From assembly GCA_017444385.1 (NCBI GenBank), contig JAFSWQ010000008.1:71685-135684 (forward strand): a stretch of DNA of 64,000 bases, read 5' to 3'. The position numbers and the translations under genes are program-made. Under the pieces are notes generated by a model that made no database searches, was not told the DNA's origin, and saw only the letters and a program-made list of their open reading frames with translations. Positions 25,328-34,949 of this stretch are shown in pieces. How positions within the stretch are numbered: the first letter of the stretch is position 1; every line of letters starts with the position of its first letter. Source of the stretch: Clostridia bacterium. Its GTDB lineage: Bacteria > Bacillota > Clostridia > Christensenellales > CAG-1252.

Positions 25328-27219
25328 ATACGCATAAACATTTTTTCGAGATCGCGCTTACTGATTATCGTGTAAGCAGGTCTGCCGTGGGGACATTTAG
25401 GCGGAATCCCGTTTTTGAAGGTGTTAATCATAAACGCTTTAACCTCGTCCTCGTCCATATAAGTATTGCCTTTTATTGCCGCTTTGCAAGCCGCCGACAT
25501 AAGTTTTTCTTTTAAAGGAATATCTGCTCTTTCCTCCGAAACCAGTTCGGAAATGAGGTCTTTAACGTTCATATTTACGAGCAAAAGCGGAAGCGAAATA
25601 AGGGAAAATTCGTTATCCTTGACCTTCTCTACTTCAACGCCTATCTTTTTAAGCTCTTCGATCTTATCGCAAAAAGCGTCAACGTCCGCATAGTCGACTT
25701 TGAATTCGTAAGGAAGCATAAGAGGTTGAATGATAAGCCCGTTTTCCTCTACTTGCTTTTTCAATTTAGCGTACAAGGTAAACTCGGCGGCGGCGTGTTG
25801 GTCGATAATTAGAGCGTTTTCGCCGCATTCGAGAATAATATAAGTGCCGAACAATTGCCCCGCGTATTTGAAATCTACGCCTTCTTTTATTGACTCGAAC
25901 ATTTCGGTTTGAGTGGGGTTTTCATATTCGTTTGCGGCTTTCTCGGCAGCTTCTTCGACCTCGTTTACAAGGGTTTCCTCTTGCTTTTCGTCTTTATTGC
26001 CTACCGTTTCTTCTTCGAAATCGTCGAATTCTATATCGCTTACTTTTACGCTCGAAGCCCGCTCGTTTACGGTTTTGTCCGCTTTCTTATCGCTCAAAGT
26101 AGAGGGTATAAGCGGTTCGTAGGTCTTCTCTTCTTTCTTCTCTTCTTGTTTGGGTTTGAAGGAATCCGCAACGAAAGGTTTACGCCACTCGTCGCCTATT
26201 ACGCCGCCCAATTCCCCGAAAGAATAGGTGTTTTCTTTTAAACTGTCTTCAAGTTTTTTGCTTAAATTGCGTTGTACGAATCCGAACACTTTGCTTTGAT
26301 ATTCGAATTTGATCTCGGCTTTAGTGGGGTGAACGTTAACGTCTATTTCTTTGGGATCCACTTTCAAGCAAAGCACGGCAAACGGATAATAACGCTTGAC
26401 GAAATAATCGTTATAAACGTTATTTAACGCGGTAACCAAAGCGACGTTGGTAACGATTCTACCGTTTACTATAAAGGTTTGGTTTGCTCTCGTGGGGCGC
26501 GGATAGGTCGTAGAAGAAACGAATCCGCTCATCCTCATTCCGTATTCCTCAACGTCTACTTCGATGGTTTTATCTATCACTTCGTCCCCGTAGACCACGC
26601 TCATCGCGCTTAAAAGCCCTTCGCCGTCTGTAACAAGAACGGTGCCTGTTTCGTTGACGTACTCGAAAACGATATCGGGATTGGCGAGCGCAAGCCTTTG
26701 CATCAAAGATGTTATATAGTGCAATTCGTTCTTTGATTTACGCATAAATTTAAGTCTTGCGGGGGTATTGTAGAACAAATTGCTAACGGTTATAGTCGTA
26801 CCGGTCGCTCTCGAAGACTCGGTAATTTCGCCGATTTCGCCGCCTTTTACGACGATAGAATAGGCAGCCTCGCCCTCGACTCGAGAAATTATTTCCACCT
26901 CGGAAACCGCCGAGATACTCGCCATAGCCTCGCCCCTGAAACCCAAACTAGCGATATGCGTTAGGTCGTCCGCTTCTTTTATCTTGCTCGTGGCGTGAGG
27001 TAAAAAAACTTTTTTAAGGTCGTCTTTTTCGATGCCCGAACCGTTATCCACTACTTTGATAAAAGAGATATCCTCGCCTATCTCGACGTAGATCTTCGTA
27101 GCGCCCGCGTCAAGCGCGTTTTCAACGAGTTCTTTTACCACGCTCGAAGCGCCTTCTACGACTTCGCCGGCTGAAATTTTATTGTAGACGTTACTGTCCA
27201 ATACGTTTATTTTACTCAT
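25321..27219 (-). CDS. mutL: DNA mismatch repair protein MutL (endonuclease-type)
   Basis: GHKL ATPase VVKELVENALDAGA. C-terminal DQHAAAE endonuclease motif. Confidence 0.9.
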   Translation of the reverse strand: MSKINVLDSNVYNKISAGEVVEGASSVVKELVENALDAGATKIYVEIGEDISFIKVVDNGSGIEKDDLKKVFLPHATSKIKEADDLTHIASLGFRGEAMASISAVSEVEIISRVEGEAAYSIVVKGGEIGEITESSRATGTTITVSNLFYNTPARLKFMRKSKNELHYITSLMQRLALANPDIVFEYVNETGTVLVTDGEGLLSAMSVVYGDEVIDKTIEVDVEEYGMRMSGFVSSTTYPRPTRANQTFIVNGRIVTNVALVTALNNVYNDYFVKRYYPFAVLCLKVDPKEIDVNVHPTKAEIKFEYQSKVFGFVQRNLSKKLEDSLKENTYSFGELGGVIGDEWRKPFVADSFKPKQEEKKEEKTYEPLIPSTLSDKKADKTVNERASSVKVSDIEFDDFEEETVGNKDEKQEETLVNEVEEAAEKAANEYENPTQTEMFESIKEGVDFKYAGQLFGTYIILECGENALIIDQHAAAEFTLYAKLKKQVEENGLIIQPLMLPYEFKVDYADVDAFCDKIEELKKIGVEVEKVKDNEFSLISLPLLLVNMNVKDLISELVSEERADIPLKEKLMSAACKAAIKGNTYMDEDEVKAFMINTFKNGIPPKCPHGRPAYTIISKRDLEKMFMRIC

Positions 27220-29828
27220 TTTTTAGCCCTCTCAACTAAGTCCGCCAACGTAACAAGGGCTTGCATAGGTGTCATATTCTCCACGTTGGTTTCCTTCAAA
27301 ATATTATATAATTCTTCTTGTATGCCCGCTTGGAACAAATCCATTTGAACTTGAGTTTTTTCGCCCATACTTTCCGAAAGAATTGCGTCGGTATTTATAT
27401 TTTCGCGGTAGGATATCGCTTCCGAAATGCTCTTGGCTCTATCGGTGACGGCTTTGGGTACGCCAGCTAGCCCCGCCACTTCTATACCGTAACTCTTATT
27501 CGTTCCGCCGCGCGCTATTTTATGTAAGAACACGACTGTTCCGCCCGTTTCGCTAACCATTATTCTATAATTCTTTACGCCGAACATTTTTCCTTCGAGG
27601 TCGGTCAATTCGTGGTAATGGGTGGCGAAAAGCGTATTGCATTTAAGCACTTTGTTGCAGTATTCGAGAACCGACCAAGCGATAGATAGCCCGTCGCAAG
27701 TCGAAGTCCCTCTACCTATTTCGTCGAGGATTAATAGCGACTTATCGGAAGCGTTGTTCAAAATATTAGCTACCTCGACCATCTCAACCATAAACGTACT
27801 CAACGCGTTAGACAGGTCGTCGCTCGCGCCTACGCGGGTGAAAATGCGGTCGGTTAGTTTGATTTCCGCCGAATTCGCGGGGACGTAGCAACCTATATGA
27901 GCCATAAGGACGATCAAAGCGACCATACGCATATAAGTACTCTTACCCGCCATATTGGGTCCGGTTATAACCATCGTGCGGCATTCTTCCGAGAACACCG
28001 CGTCGTTAGGTATGTATTTGCCTTTGTCGAGCAATTTTTCAACTACGGGATGGCGGCCGCAAACGATTTTATACTCTCTTACCTTGCCGTTTATCTTGGG
28101 GCAAACGTAATCGTTTTCTATTGAAACGATAGCCAAAGAGAGCAAACAGTCCAAAGCGCTCACAGCGTCGGCAGTCGAGAGCATCGCGGGAACGACCTCG
28201 CCGAGCATCTTTCTTATAACGTCGAACAATGCGATCTCGCGTTTTATGCGTTTATCGTGCGCGCCGGTTATTCTCTCTTCCAAATCGGACAACGCTTCGG
28301 TCTTATATCGCTCGCCGTTGACGGTGGTTTGCTTTCTTTCATATTCCAAAGGAACTTGATCTTTAAAGGATTTGCTGACCTCGATATAATAGCCGAAAAC
28401 CTTATTGCAACCTATCCTCAACGTTCTAATTCCCGTCTTCTCGCGCTCTTCGGTTTCCATTTGTTTGATCCAATCGGACGCTTCTCTTTCGGCGAGATTA
28501 TACTCGTCTACGTCACGATCGAACCCGTCCGCAATGAAACCGCCTTCCGAAATAATATAAGGCGGATCGGGAATAATAGCGCGAGCGATTATATCGCAGA
28601 TCTTATCGAAATCGCCTATTTTCGAGCGTATGCCTTTGAGCATCGGTGACGTCGCGTCTTTCAAAGTTTCCTTTAACACGGGCAGCAAAACGAGGCAAGA
28701 GCCTATTCCGTAACACTCTCTGGGATTTAGCGAGCCGAACGCAACTTTACCCGCGAGACGCTCTAAATCTCTCATTCCTTCCAACGCTTTAAGAAGGTTT
28801 TTACGAAGTTTTACGTTAGAGATAAGCTCGGTCAGCGCATTAAGACGAGCGTTTATTTTACTCTCGCTGACGAGCGGATTATCCACCCATTTGCGAAGTT
28901 TTCTCGCGCCCATGCTCGTTTGAGTTTTATCGAGTAGCCAAAGGAGCGTACCCGTTTTTCTTCTATCTCTTATAGTTTCGGATAGTTCGAGATTTCTTCT
29001 CGTCGTAGCGTCCAAAAACATTATCTCGTCGCTTTTGAGATAGTTTAGCTTTGAAAACTGTGACAACGATCTCTTTTGAGTTTCTTTGAGGTATTGCATC
29101 AATGCGCCGGCAGCCGAGACCGCGTACTTTTTATCGCCGCATTCATACGCGTCCAAAGTCACTACCGCGAATTGCTCTTTGAGCGTCTTTTCGGCGGTTT
29201 TGAAAACGAACGCCCAATCCGGATAAACGGATACGGGTATTCTATACAACGCGTCTTCGGCGAAAATGTTTTTGGCGGTGACGTTGCCGAGTATTTCGGC
29301 GGCGTGAATGGAATTCAACGTGTTTTCCGCTTGTTTAAGAGAATTATCGCCCGAATACTCTACGAGGTTGAATTCGCCCGTACTCAATTCCGCCCAAGCC
29401 AAACCGATATTTTTTCCGTCGTGGAATACCGCCGCTACGTAGTTGTTTTTCTTATCGTCCAAAATGGCGTCTTCTACGACGGTACCCGCCGTAATAACCC
29501 TTACGACGTCCCTTTCCACCATTCCTTTTTGATCGCCGGGATTGGTGAGTTGCTCGCAAATAGCCACTTTGTAACCTCTGTTAATGAGGCGAGATATATA
29601 TACGTCTACGGCGTGATAGGGTACTCCGCACATAGGCGCGCGTTCTTTTAAGCCGCAATCCCTGCCCGTCAACGTAAGTTCGAGTTCCTTTGAAACTACT
29701 TCGGCGTCCGAGAAAAACATTTCGTAGAAGTCGCCGAGACGATACATTAAAATACAATCGTTGTACTTCTCTTTTATCTCGAAATAGTGTCTCATCATTG
29801 GCGATAAAGCGTTGAAATCTATATCCAT
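27216..29828 (-). CDS. mutS: DNA mismatch repair protein MutS
   Basis: MMRHYFEIK, Walker A GPNMAGKST, DEIGRGT. I prefer the ATG at 29828 (GGAGG RBS, no overlap with miaB) over the ORF-track start at 29849. Confidence 0.9.
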   Translation of the reverse strand: MDIDFNALSPMMRHYFEIKEKYNDCILMYRLGDFYEMFFSDAEVVSKELELTLTGRDCGLKERAPMCGVPYHAVDVYISRLINRGYKVAICEQLTNPGDQKGMVERDVVRVITAGTVVEDAILDDKKNNYVAAVFHDGKNIGLAWAELSTGEFNLVEYSGDNSLKQAENTLNSIHAAEILGNVTAKNIFAEDALYRIPVSVYPDWAFVFKTAEKTLKEQFAVVTLDAYECGDKKYAVSAAGALMQYLKETQKRSLSQFSKLNYLKSDEIMFLDATTRRNLELSETIRDRRKTGTLLWLLDKTQTSMGARKLRKWVDNPLVSESKINARLNALTELISNVKLRKNLLKALEGMRDLERLAGKVAFGSLNPRECYGIGSCLVLLPVLKETLKDATSPMLKGIRSKIGDFDKICDIIARAIIPDPPYIISEGGFIADGFDRDVDEYNLAEREASDWIKQMETEEREKTGIRTLRIGCNKVFGYYIEVSKSFKDQVPLEYERKQTTVNGERYKTEALSDLEERITGAHDKRIKREIALFDVIRKMLGEVVPAMLSTADAVSALDCLLSLAIVSIENDYVCPKINGKVREYKIVCGRHPVVEKLLDKGKYIPNDAVFSEECRTMVITGPNMAGKSTYMRMVALIVLMAHIGCYVPANSAEIKLTDRIFTRVGASDDLSNALSTFMVEMVEVANILNNASDKSLLILDEIGRGTSTCDGLSIAWSVLEYCNKVLKCNTLFATHYHELTDLEGKMFGVKNYRIMVSETGGTVVFLHKIARGGTNKSYGIEVAGLAGVPKAVTDRAKSISEAISYRENINTDAILSESMGEKTQVQMDLFQAGIQEELYNILKETNVENMTPMQALVTLADLVERAKK

Positions 29829-29832
29829 ACTA

Positions 29833-31140
29833 TTATTCCTCCACTTCACCGAACAACGAAGCCGACTGCGACCTCGTTATTTTGACGTTGACGAAACGCC
29901 CTATCATATCGGGACTTCCAGCAAAAGTTACTAACCTTCCGCATTCGGTTCTACCGCATACCGTACCCTCGTATTTTGGGTTGACGTCCTCGACGAGTAT
30001 CTCTTTTACCTTGCCTTCGTACTCGTCGCTAATCTCTTTTGTAATCGAGTTTTGCAAAGCAATCAATTCAACCACTCTACGCTTCTTTATCTCGTCGTCG
30101 ATTTGTTCCATTTTAGCGGCGGGCGTGCCGTTACGCGGGGAATAAACGAAGGTAAAAGCGTTTGAAAATCTCACTTCCTTAACGAGCGAGAGTGTTTCGA
30201 GATAATCCTCTTCGGTCTCGGTGGGGAACCCTACCATTATATCGGTGGTGATGCCCACGTCGGGCATCGCTTCGCGTAAAGCATTAATGATTTTAAGATA
30301 ATCCTCACGGGTGTATTTGCGGTTCATCTCTTCAAGGACTTTCGTCGACCCCGATTGAACGGGCAAATGAACGTTATTGCAAATATTCTTGTACTTCGCT
30401 ATGACGTCAACCGTTCTTTGGTTGATATCTTTCGGGTGGCTCGTCATAAATCGAATCCTGAATTTGCCTTCGATAGATGCGATACGCTCAAGGAGATCGG
30501 CAAAGGTCACGCCTTCTAAGTCGCTACCGTAACTATCAACGTTTTGACCGAGCAAAGTTATTTCTTTATAACCTTCTTTGATGAGCTTTTCGCAATCGGC
30601 TACGATGGACGCCATATCCCTACTACGCTCTCTACCCCTAACGTACGGAACTATACAATAAGTACAGAAATTATTACAGCCATACATTATATTTACCCAG
30701 GCGTTGGGATAGCTCGTGCGAGCTATTGGCAATTCGAGCGACGCGTCCATAGTGGCGGGTTTAATGCTAACGTACTTTTTACGGCGTTTGGCGACCTCTA
30801 TCGCTTGCTTCAATTCAACGAGGTTAGACGTACCCAAAACAATATCGACGTACGGATAACTCTTTCTCAACTTCTCCGCTACGCCTTTTTGTTGAGTCAT
30901 ACAACCGACTACCGCGACGATTTTCGTTCTATCCGCCATACAAATTTTCTTTATCGCGCCGAGGTTACCGCTTAAACGGTCTTCCGCGTTATCCCTAATG
31001 CAGCAGGTATTGAAAACGAAAACGTCCGCTTCCTCGTCATTGACGGTGGAAACGTAACCCATTTCTTCGAGCATTCCCGCGAGTTTTTCGCTCTCGTGAA
31101 CGTTCATTTGACAGCCGTAAGTGTTTATCTTATAGTACAT
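29833..31140 (-). CDS. miaB: tRNA-2-methylthio-N6-dimethylallyladenosine synthase
   Basis: MTTase N-terminus TYGCQMN, radical SAM CNNFCTYCIVP, C-terminal TRAM domain. Confidence 0.9.
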   Translation of the reverse strand: MYYKINTYGCQMNVHESEKLAGMLEEMGYVSTVNDEEADVFVFNTCCIRDNAEDRLSGNLGAIKKICMADRTKIVAVVGCMTQQKGVAEKLRKSYPYVDIVLGTSNLVELKQAIEVAKRRKKYVSIKPATMDASLELPIARTSYPNAWVNIMYGCNNFCTYCIVPYVRGRERSRDMASIVADCEKLIKEGYKEITLLGQNVDSYGSDLEGVTFADLLERIASIEGKFRIRFMTSHPKDINQRTVDVIAKYKNICNNVHLPVQSGSTKVLEEMNRKYTREDYLKIINALREAMPDVGITTDIMVGFPTETEEDYLETLSLVKEVRFSNAFTFVYSPRNGTPAAKMEQIDDEIKKRRVVELIALQNSITKEISDEYEGKVKEILVEDVNPKYEGTVCGRTECGRLVTFAGSPDMIGRFVNVKITRSQSASLFGEVEE

Positions 31141-31222
31141 TTGTTCCCTTTGTTTTTTTAAGAAGACGTATCATCGAGAATACTTCAAAAATAATACGCC
31201 TTCTATTTGTCGATTAAAAAAT

Positions 31223-32629
31223 TTAGATTATATATTTGTTCTCTTTCTTTTTAGCGTTTTGAAGTTCGGCTTTCTTCTCTTCGTAGCCGCGTCTATCGAA
31301 CAAAGCGAAAGTGGCTTTCTTCCCCTCTTCAACGCCGGGTTGATTGAAGGTATCGATACCCAAAAGAGCGCCGGTATAAGCGGTTTCAAGCATAAAGAAC
31401 ATCAATAATTGACCTAACGTAAACTCGTTGACTTCGGGAACGTAGATGGTTCTATTGGCTTTTTGCTTTTTGGTAAGAGCGTATTCGGTGGCAACGCGTT
31501 CGGTATTGAGAAGCTTGCCTAAATTGTTGCCGCAAAGGAAGTTCACGTCGGGGAATTCGGGAAGACCCTCGGGAATTTTGTATTCGGAACGGAACTTATC
31601 GACCGCTATAAAGGTTATAACCTTGTCGTAAGGACCTTCGGCGTAAAGTTGGACTTGAGAGTGTTGATCGGTAACGCCCAAAGACTTGACGGGTGTTTGA
31701 CCTACGTTGACGGTCTCGCCTTTAAGATTGACGGCTTTACCCAAACTTTCGCCCCATAATTGGCAATACCAGTCAGCGATATACTTCAAGCTATCCGCAT
31801 AAGGCATCATAACCGATACGTTCTTGCCTCTTTGCATACTGATATATTGAAGCAAAGCGGCGCACAAAGGAGCGTTCTTTCTGAAATCAGCGGACTTCGC
31901 GTTTTCTTGGGTGAATTTTGCACCTTCGAGGAAGGTGGCTATATCGATGCCGAGTACGGCTGCGGGAAGCAAACCGACGGGGCACAATTCGGAAAATCTA
32001 CCGCCAACGGAAGACGGAATATAGAAGGTTTTGAACCCCTCTTTTTTAGCGAGCTTAATGAGATTACCTTTTTCTATATCGGTGGTAGCGATGACGTTAT
32101 TAGCAAACTTATCGCCCAAAGCCTTTTTGAGAATATCGGTTATTATGAGATATTGGCTCATTGTTTCGCTTGTCGCGCCGCTCTTGGTGATGACGTTGAA
32201 CATAGTGTTTTTAACGTCGATTATGTCGAGTAAAGCGTTCATTCTCTCGGGATCTACGTTATCTTCAACGTAGAATTTAGGGCCGTTTCTTCTTGAGTCG
32301 TCGAGTTCGTTATAATGCAAATGCTTTAACGCTTGGAATACCGCGATAGGTCCCAAAGCGGAGCCGCCGATACCCAAAACGACGAACGCTTTGAAGTTCT
32401 TTCTCACGTTTTCGGCGGTAGCGACGATATCTTTGACTATCTCGTCTTGATTATAGGCGAGTTCCGTCCAACCCATCATACCCTTACCGGAATTCTCTTT
32501 GACGTAATTAAAAGCGTCCTCGGCTTGCTTCTTGTAAGAATCGAGTTGAGCGTCGGAAACGCCCTCTTTTTCACCGATAAAATCGGCGGTCATATTGTTA
32601 TAATCGAAACGAATTTTTTCTTTTAACAT
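31223..32629 (-). CDS. pgi: Glucose-6-phosphate isomerase
   Basis: 468 aa. LGIGGSALGP, SKSGATSET, DQHSQVQLY motifs. Confidence 0.9.
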   Translation of the reverse strand: MLKEKIRFDYNNMTADFIGEKEGVSDAQLDSYKKQAEDAFNYVKENSGKGMMGWTELAYNQDEIVKDIVATAENVRKNFKAFVVLGIGGSALGPIAVFQALKHLHYNELDDSRRNGPKFYVEDNVDPERMNALLDIIDVKNTMFNVITKSGATSETMSQYLIITDILKKALGDKFANNVIATTDIEKGNLIKLAKKEGFKTFYIPSSVGGRFSELCPVGLLPAAVLGIDIATFLEGAKFTQENAKSADFRKNAPLCAALLQYISMQRGKNVSVMMPYADSLKYIADWYCQLWGESLGKAVNLKGETVNVGQTPVKSLGVTDQHSQVQLYAEGPYDKVITFIAVDKFRSEYKIPEGLPEFPDVNFLCGNNLGKLLNTERVATEYALTKKQKANRTIYVPEVNEFTLGQLLMFFMLETAYTGALLGIDTFNQPGVEEGKKATFALFDRRGYEEKKAELQNAKKKENKYII

Positions 32630-32843
32630 AGTAAACCTCCAAATTGGTTTTATTTTACTATAATTATATATAATAATTATAAAAAAATCAAACGATATAA
32701 TAGCGGTTAGAAAAAAATATCGTTTGAGCGGAAATTTTTTTAGATGATTATATTATCTAAAACGGTAAAGGATATTATGCTTATCAGTGCAGGTTATAAT
32801 TTCGAAAATTGCTTTTTATAAAAAACGAGAGGTATTATATACT

Positions 32844-33383
32844 TGTCATGTTGAGCGTAGTCGAAACATCTCATCCGATTTACATACTTTTACAATAGTA
32901 GTACCTCTTTTTAGGGGATCCTTCGACGACGGCTTACGCCTGCTCAGGATGACGTACCTCAACTAATTCTTTACTGTAAAGGCTGGTATTCGTTATTATT
33001 GATTCGATTATTTACGAATTTTATCGTTTGTTTAATAAGACAATTATTCTATTTATTCGTCATGTTGAGCTTGTCGAAACATCTCATCCGATTTACATAC
33101 TTTTACAATAGTAGTACCTCTTTTTAGGGGATCCTTCGACGACGGCTTACGCCTGCTCAGGATGACGTGCCTCAACTAATTCTTTACTGTAAAGGCTGGT
33201 ATTCGTTATTATTGATTCGATTATTTACGAAAGTTATCGTTTGTTTAATAAGACGATTATTCTATTTATTCGTCATGTTGAGCTTGTCGAAACATCTCAA
33301 CCGAATAAATGATAAATCGATTACTTCTGCTTCGCGTTAGGGGATCCTTCGACGACGGCTTACGCCTGCTCAGGATGACGTAC
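32844..33383 (+). repeat. Tandem array (2.5 units, period 213-215 bp), each unit holding one full REP/MITE-like element (locus D)
   Basis: GTCATGTTGAGC starts at 32844, 33059 and 33272. Units 1 and 2 are nearly identical. Unit 3 shares the arms but has a different interior. Confidence 0.9.
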
Positions 33384-33430
33384 TTTTATTGATATCTTTG
33401 ATTAGGATAATTCTTACACAAAAAATACGT

Positions 33431-33577
33431 GCGAAGAAAGTTATAATTTTTGCGTAGCAAGTTATCGTTCGAGCGAAGAAAGTTATAATTTTTGCGTAGC
33501 AAGTTATCATTCGAGCGAAGCGAGTTATCATTCTTACGCAGCGAGTTATCATTCTTGCGTAGAGAGTCTATCACATT
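33431..33577 (+). repeat. Seven tandem 21-bp repeats (iteron-like), organised partly as a 42-bp super-repeat
   Basis: Units start at 33431, 33452, 33473, 33494, 33515, 33536 and 33557. Consensus about GCGWAGNRAGTTATCRTTCNN. Units 1+2 match units 3+4 except for 1 nt. Confidence 0.9.
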
Positions 33578-34371
33578 TCGCCTTTTGCTCTTAATAGACA
33601 AACTCTCAAATAGTCTAATGAAGCCGCGAGGTCGTCGTAGGTTTTATAATCCGCGCTGTAAACCTCGAGTAATAGCGGCGCGTCGACGCCCGCACGTAAT
33701 AGTTTTTCAAAAAATGTACAAAAATCAAAATCGCTGTCTATAGGCATACAAGTAACGCCGTTTTTAACGCCGCAAAGGTGTACGGTATTTATATCCCTAC
33801 CCATCGTCTTAATATATTCGTCTACGGGGTACTCGGTAAGCATTGCTTGTTTGATATCCAAAGTGCATCTAACGGACTTCGAATATTCTTTCAAACGAGT
33901 ATAAAACTCGGGATAACTGAATAAAGTCCAGCTTACGTTTTCGTAACAAAGGGTAATATCGTACTCGGCGCAAATCGAACAAATATGCTCTACTCTACGC
34001 GAAAATTCGGGAAAACTGACGTTATACGGCTTGTTTTTAAGCCTCGCTTGACCGTGAAACGTATAGTTTGACGCGCCTAAAACCTTACCGCAATATAAAA
34101 CTTCGCGGAGTAATTCCTCGGCGTCGCGTACGGTGCGCGGGCTCATATTGAACAATTCGGGCTCGAAATGTTGATTGAGCGAATGGACGCTATGTATTCT
34201 CAAGCCTTCCGTCCTCGTTGCGAGCATATCCGCGAACTCTTTCTTATATTCGCTGAAGGTGGTCAAGAAGACCTCGACCACCTCGCAACCTAATTTTTTA
34301 ATTATTTTGAAAGTATTTTCAACGTCTTCCTTCAAAAAGAGGGAAGCCGTTGAAAGACCTATTTCCATCAT
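33571..34371 (-). CDS. Sugar phosphate isomerase/epimerase (xylose-isomerase-like TIM barrel)
   Basis: 266 aa. AP_endonuc_2-like pattern (VEVF..., HSVH, CYEN, LCGVK). Confidence 0.65.
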   Translation of the reverse strand: MMEIGLSTASLFLKEDVENTFKIIKKLGCEVVEVFLTTFSEYKKEFADMLATRTEGLRIHSVHSLNQHFEPELFNMSPRTVRDAEELLREVLYCGKVLGASNYTFHGQARLKNKPYNVSFPEFSRRVEHICSICAEYDITLCYENVSWTLFSYPEFYTRLKEYSKSVRCTLDIKQAMLTEYPVDEYIKTMGRDINTVHLCGVKNGVTCMPIDSDFDFCTFFEKLLRAGVDAPLLLEVYSADYKTYDDLAASLDYLRVCLLRAKGEM

Positions 34372-34907
34372 TCCGCAGTAGTTTCGATAAGACCGATATT
34401 GCCGTCGTCACGTCTATAAACGACGCTTACTTCGCCGCTCTCTTCGTTAAGGAATACGTAGAAGCTATGATCCATTACGTTGAGTTGGAAGATGGCTTCC
34501 TCTACGGACATAGGATGAAGCACGTATTTCTTTCTCTTGACGAGTTCTTCTTTCTTGACTTCTTCCACTTCGTCGAGGAATTTTTCCGAACTCTCGCGGA
34601 GTTTCTTGCTCAATTTGGTACGATACTTTCTCATCTGTCTTTCCACTTTGGGGATAACGACGTCGATGTTGTCGTACATGCTGTTTCCGTTTGCGTTTTC
34701 GGCTCTCAAAACGGTATCGCCGACGATTATCGTCAATTCCATTTTATACTGACCGTGTTCTTCTTTGCAGACAACTCTCGCAACGTTGGAATCGCCGAAG
34801 TATCTACCGAGTTGTTTTTCGATCTTCTTATCGAGTAATTCTTCTAAATTCTTGCCTACGTCATACTTGAGTCCTGTAATTTCGATACGCATAATTTTGT
34901 CCTCCAA
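34368..34907 (-). CDS. hpf: Ribosome hibernation promoting factor (long form)
   Basis: 179 aa. N-terminal S30AE/YfiA fold and C-terminal dimerisation region (KRKKYVLHPMSVEEAIFQLNVMDHSFYVFLN). Confidence 0.85.
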   Translation of the reverse strand: MEDKIMRIEITGLKYDVGKNLEELLDKKIEKQLGRYFGDSNVARVVCKEEHGQYKMELTIIVGDTVLRAENANGNSMYDNIDVVIPKVERQMRKYRTKLSKKLRESSEKFLDEVEEVKKEELVKRKKYVLHPMSVEEAIFQLNVMDHSFYVFLNEESGEVSVVYRRDDGNIGLIETTAE

Positions 34908-34949
34908 AAAATATTTTTATCTTTATCGGTTACCCGAAGATAAACTGTG

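Noticed and set aside
33370-33601. Small ORFs encoding heptad-repeat peptides (LRKNDNS LRKNDNS LRSNDNL...; ITCYAKIITFFAR...)
   Set aside because: They are in-frame translations of the 21-bp DNA repeat, lack an RBS, and one overlaps the 3' end of the isomerase gene. A DNA-level or RNA-level repeat is the simpler reading.
34908-34949. raiA-motif RNA or other leader upstream of hpf
   Set aside because: Only 42 nt separate the clpC stop and the hpf start. That is too short for the ~200-nt raiA motif.
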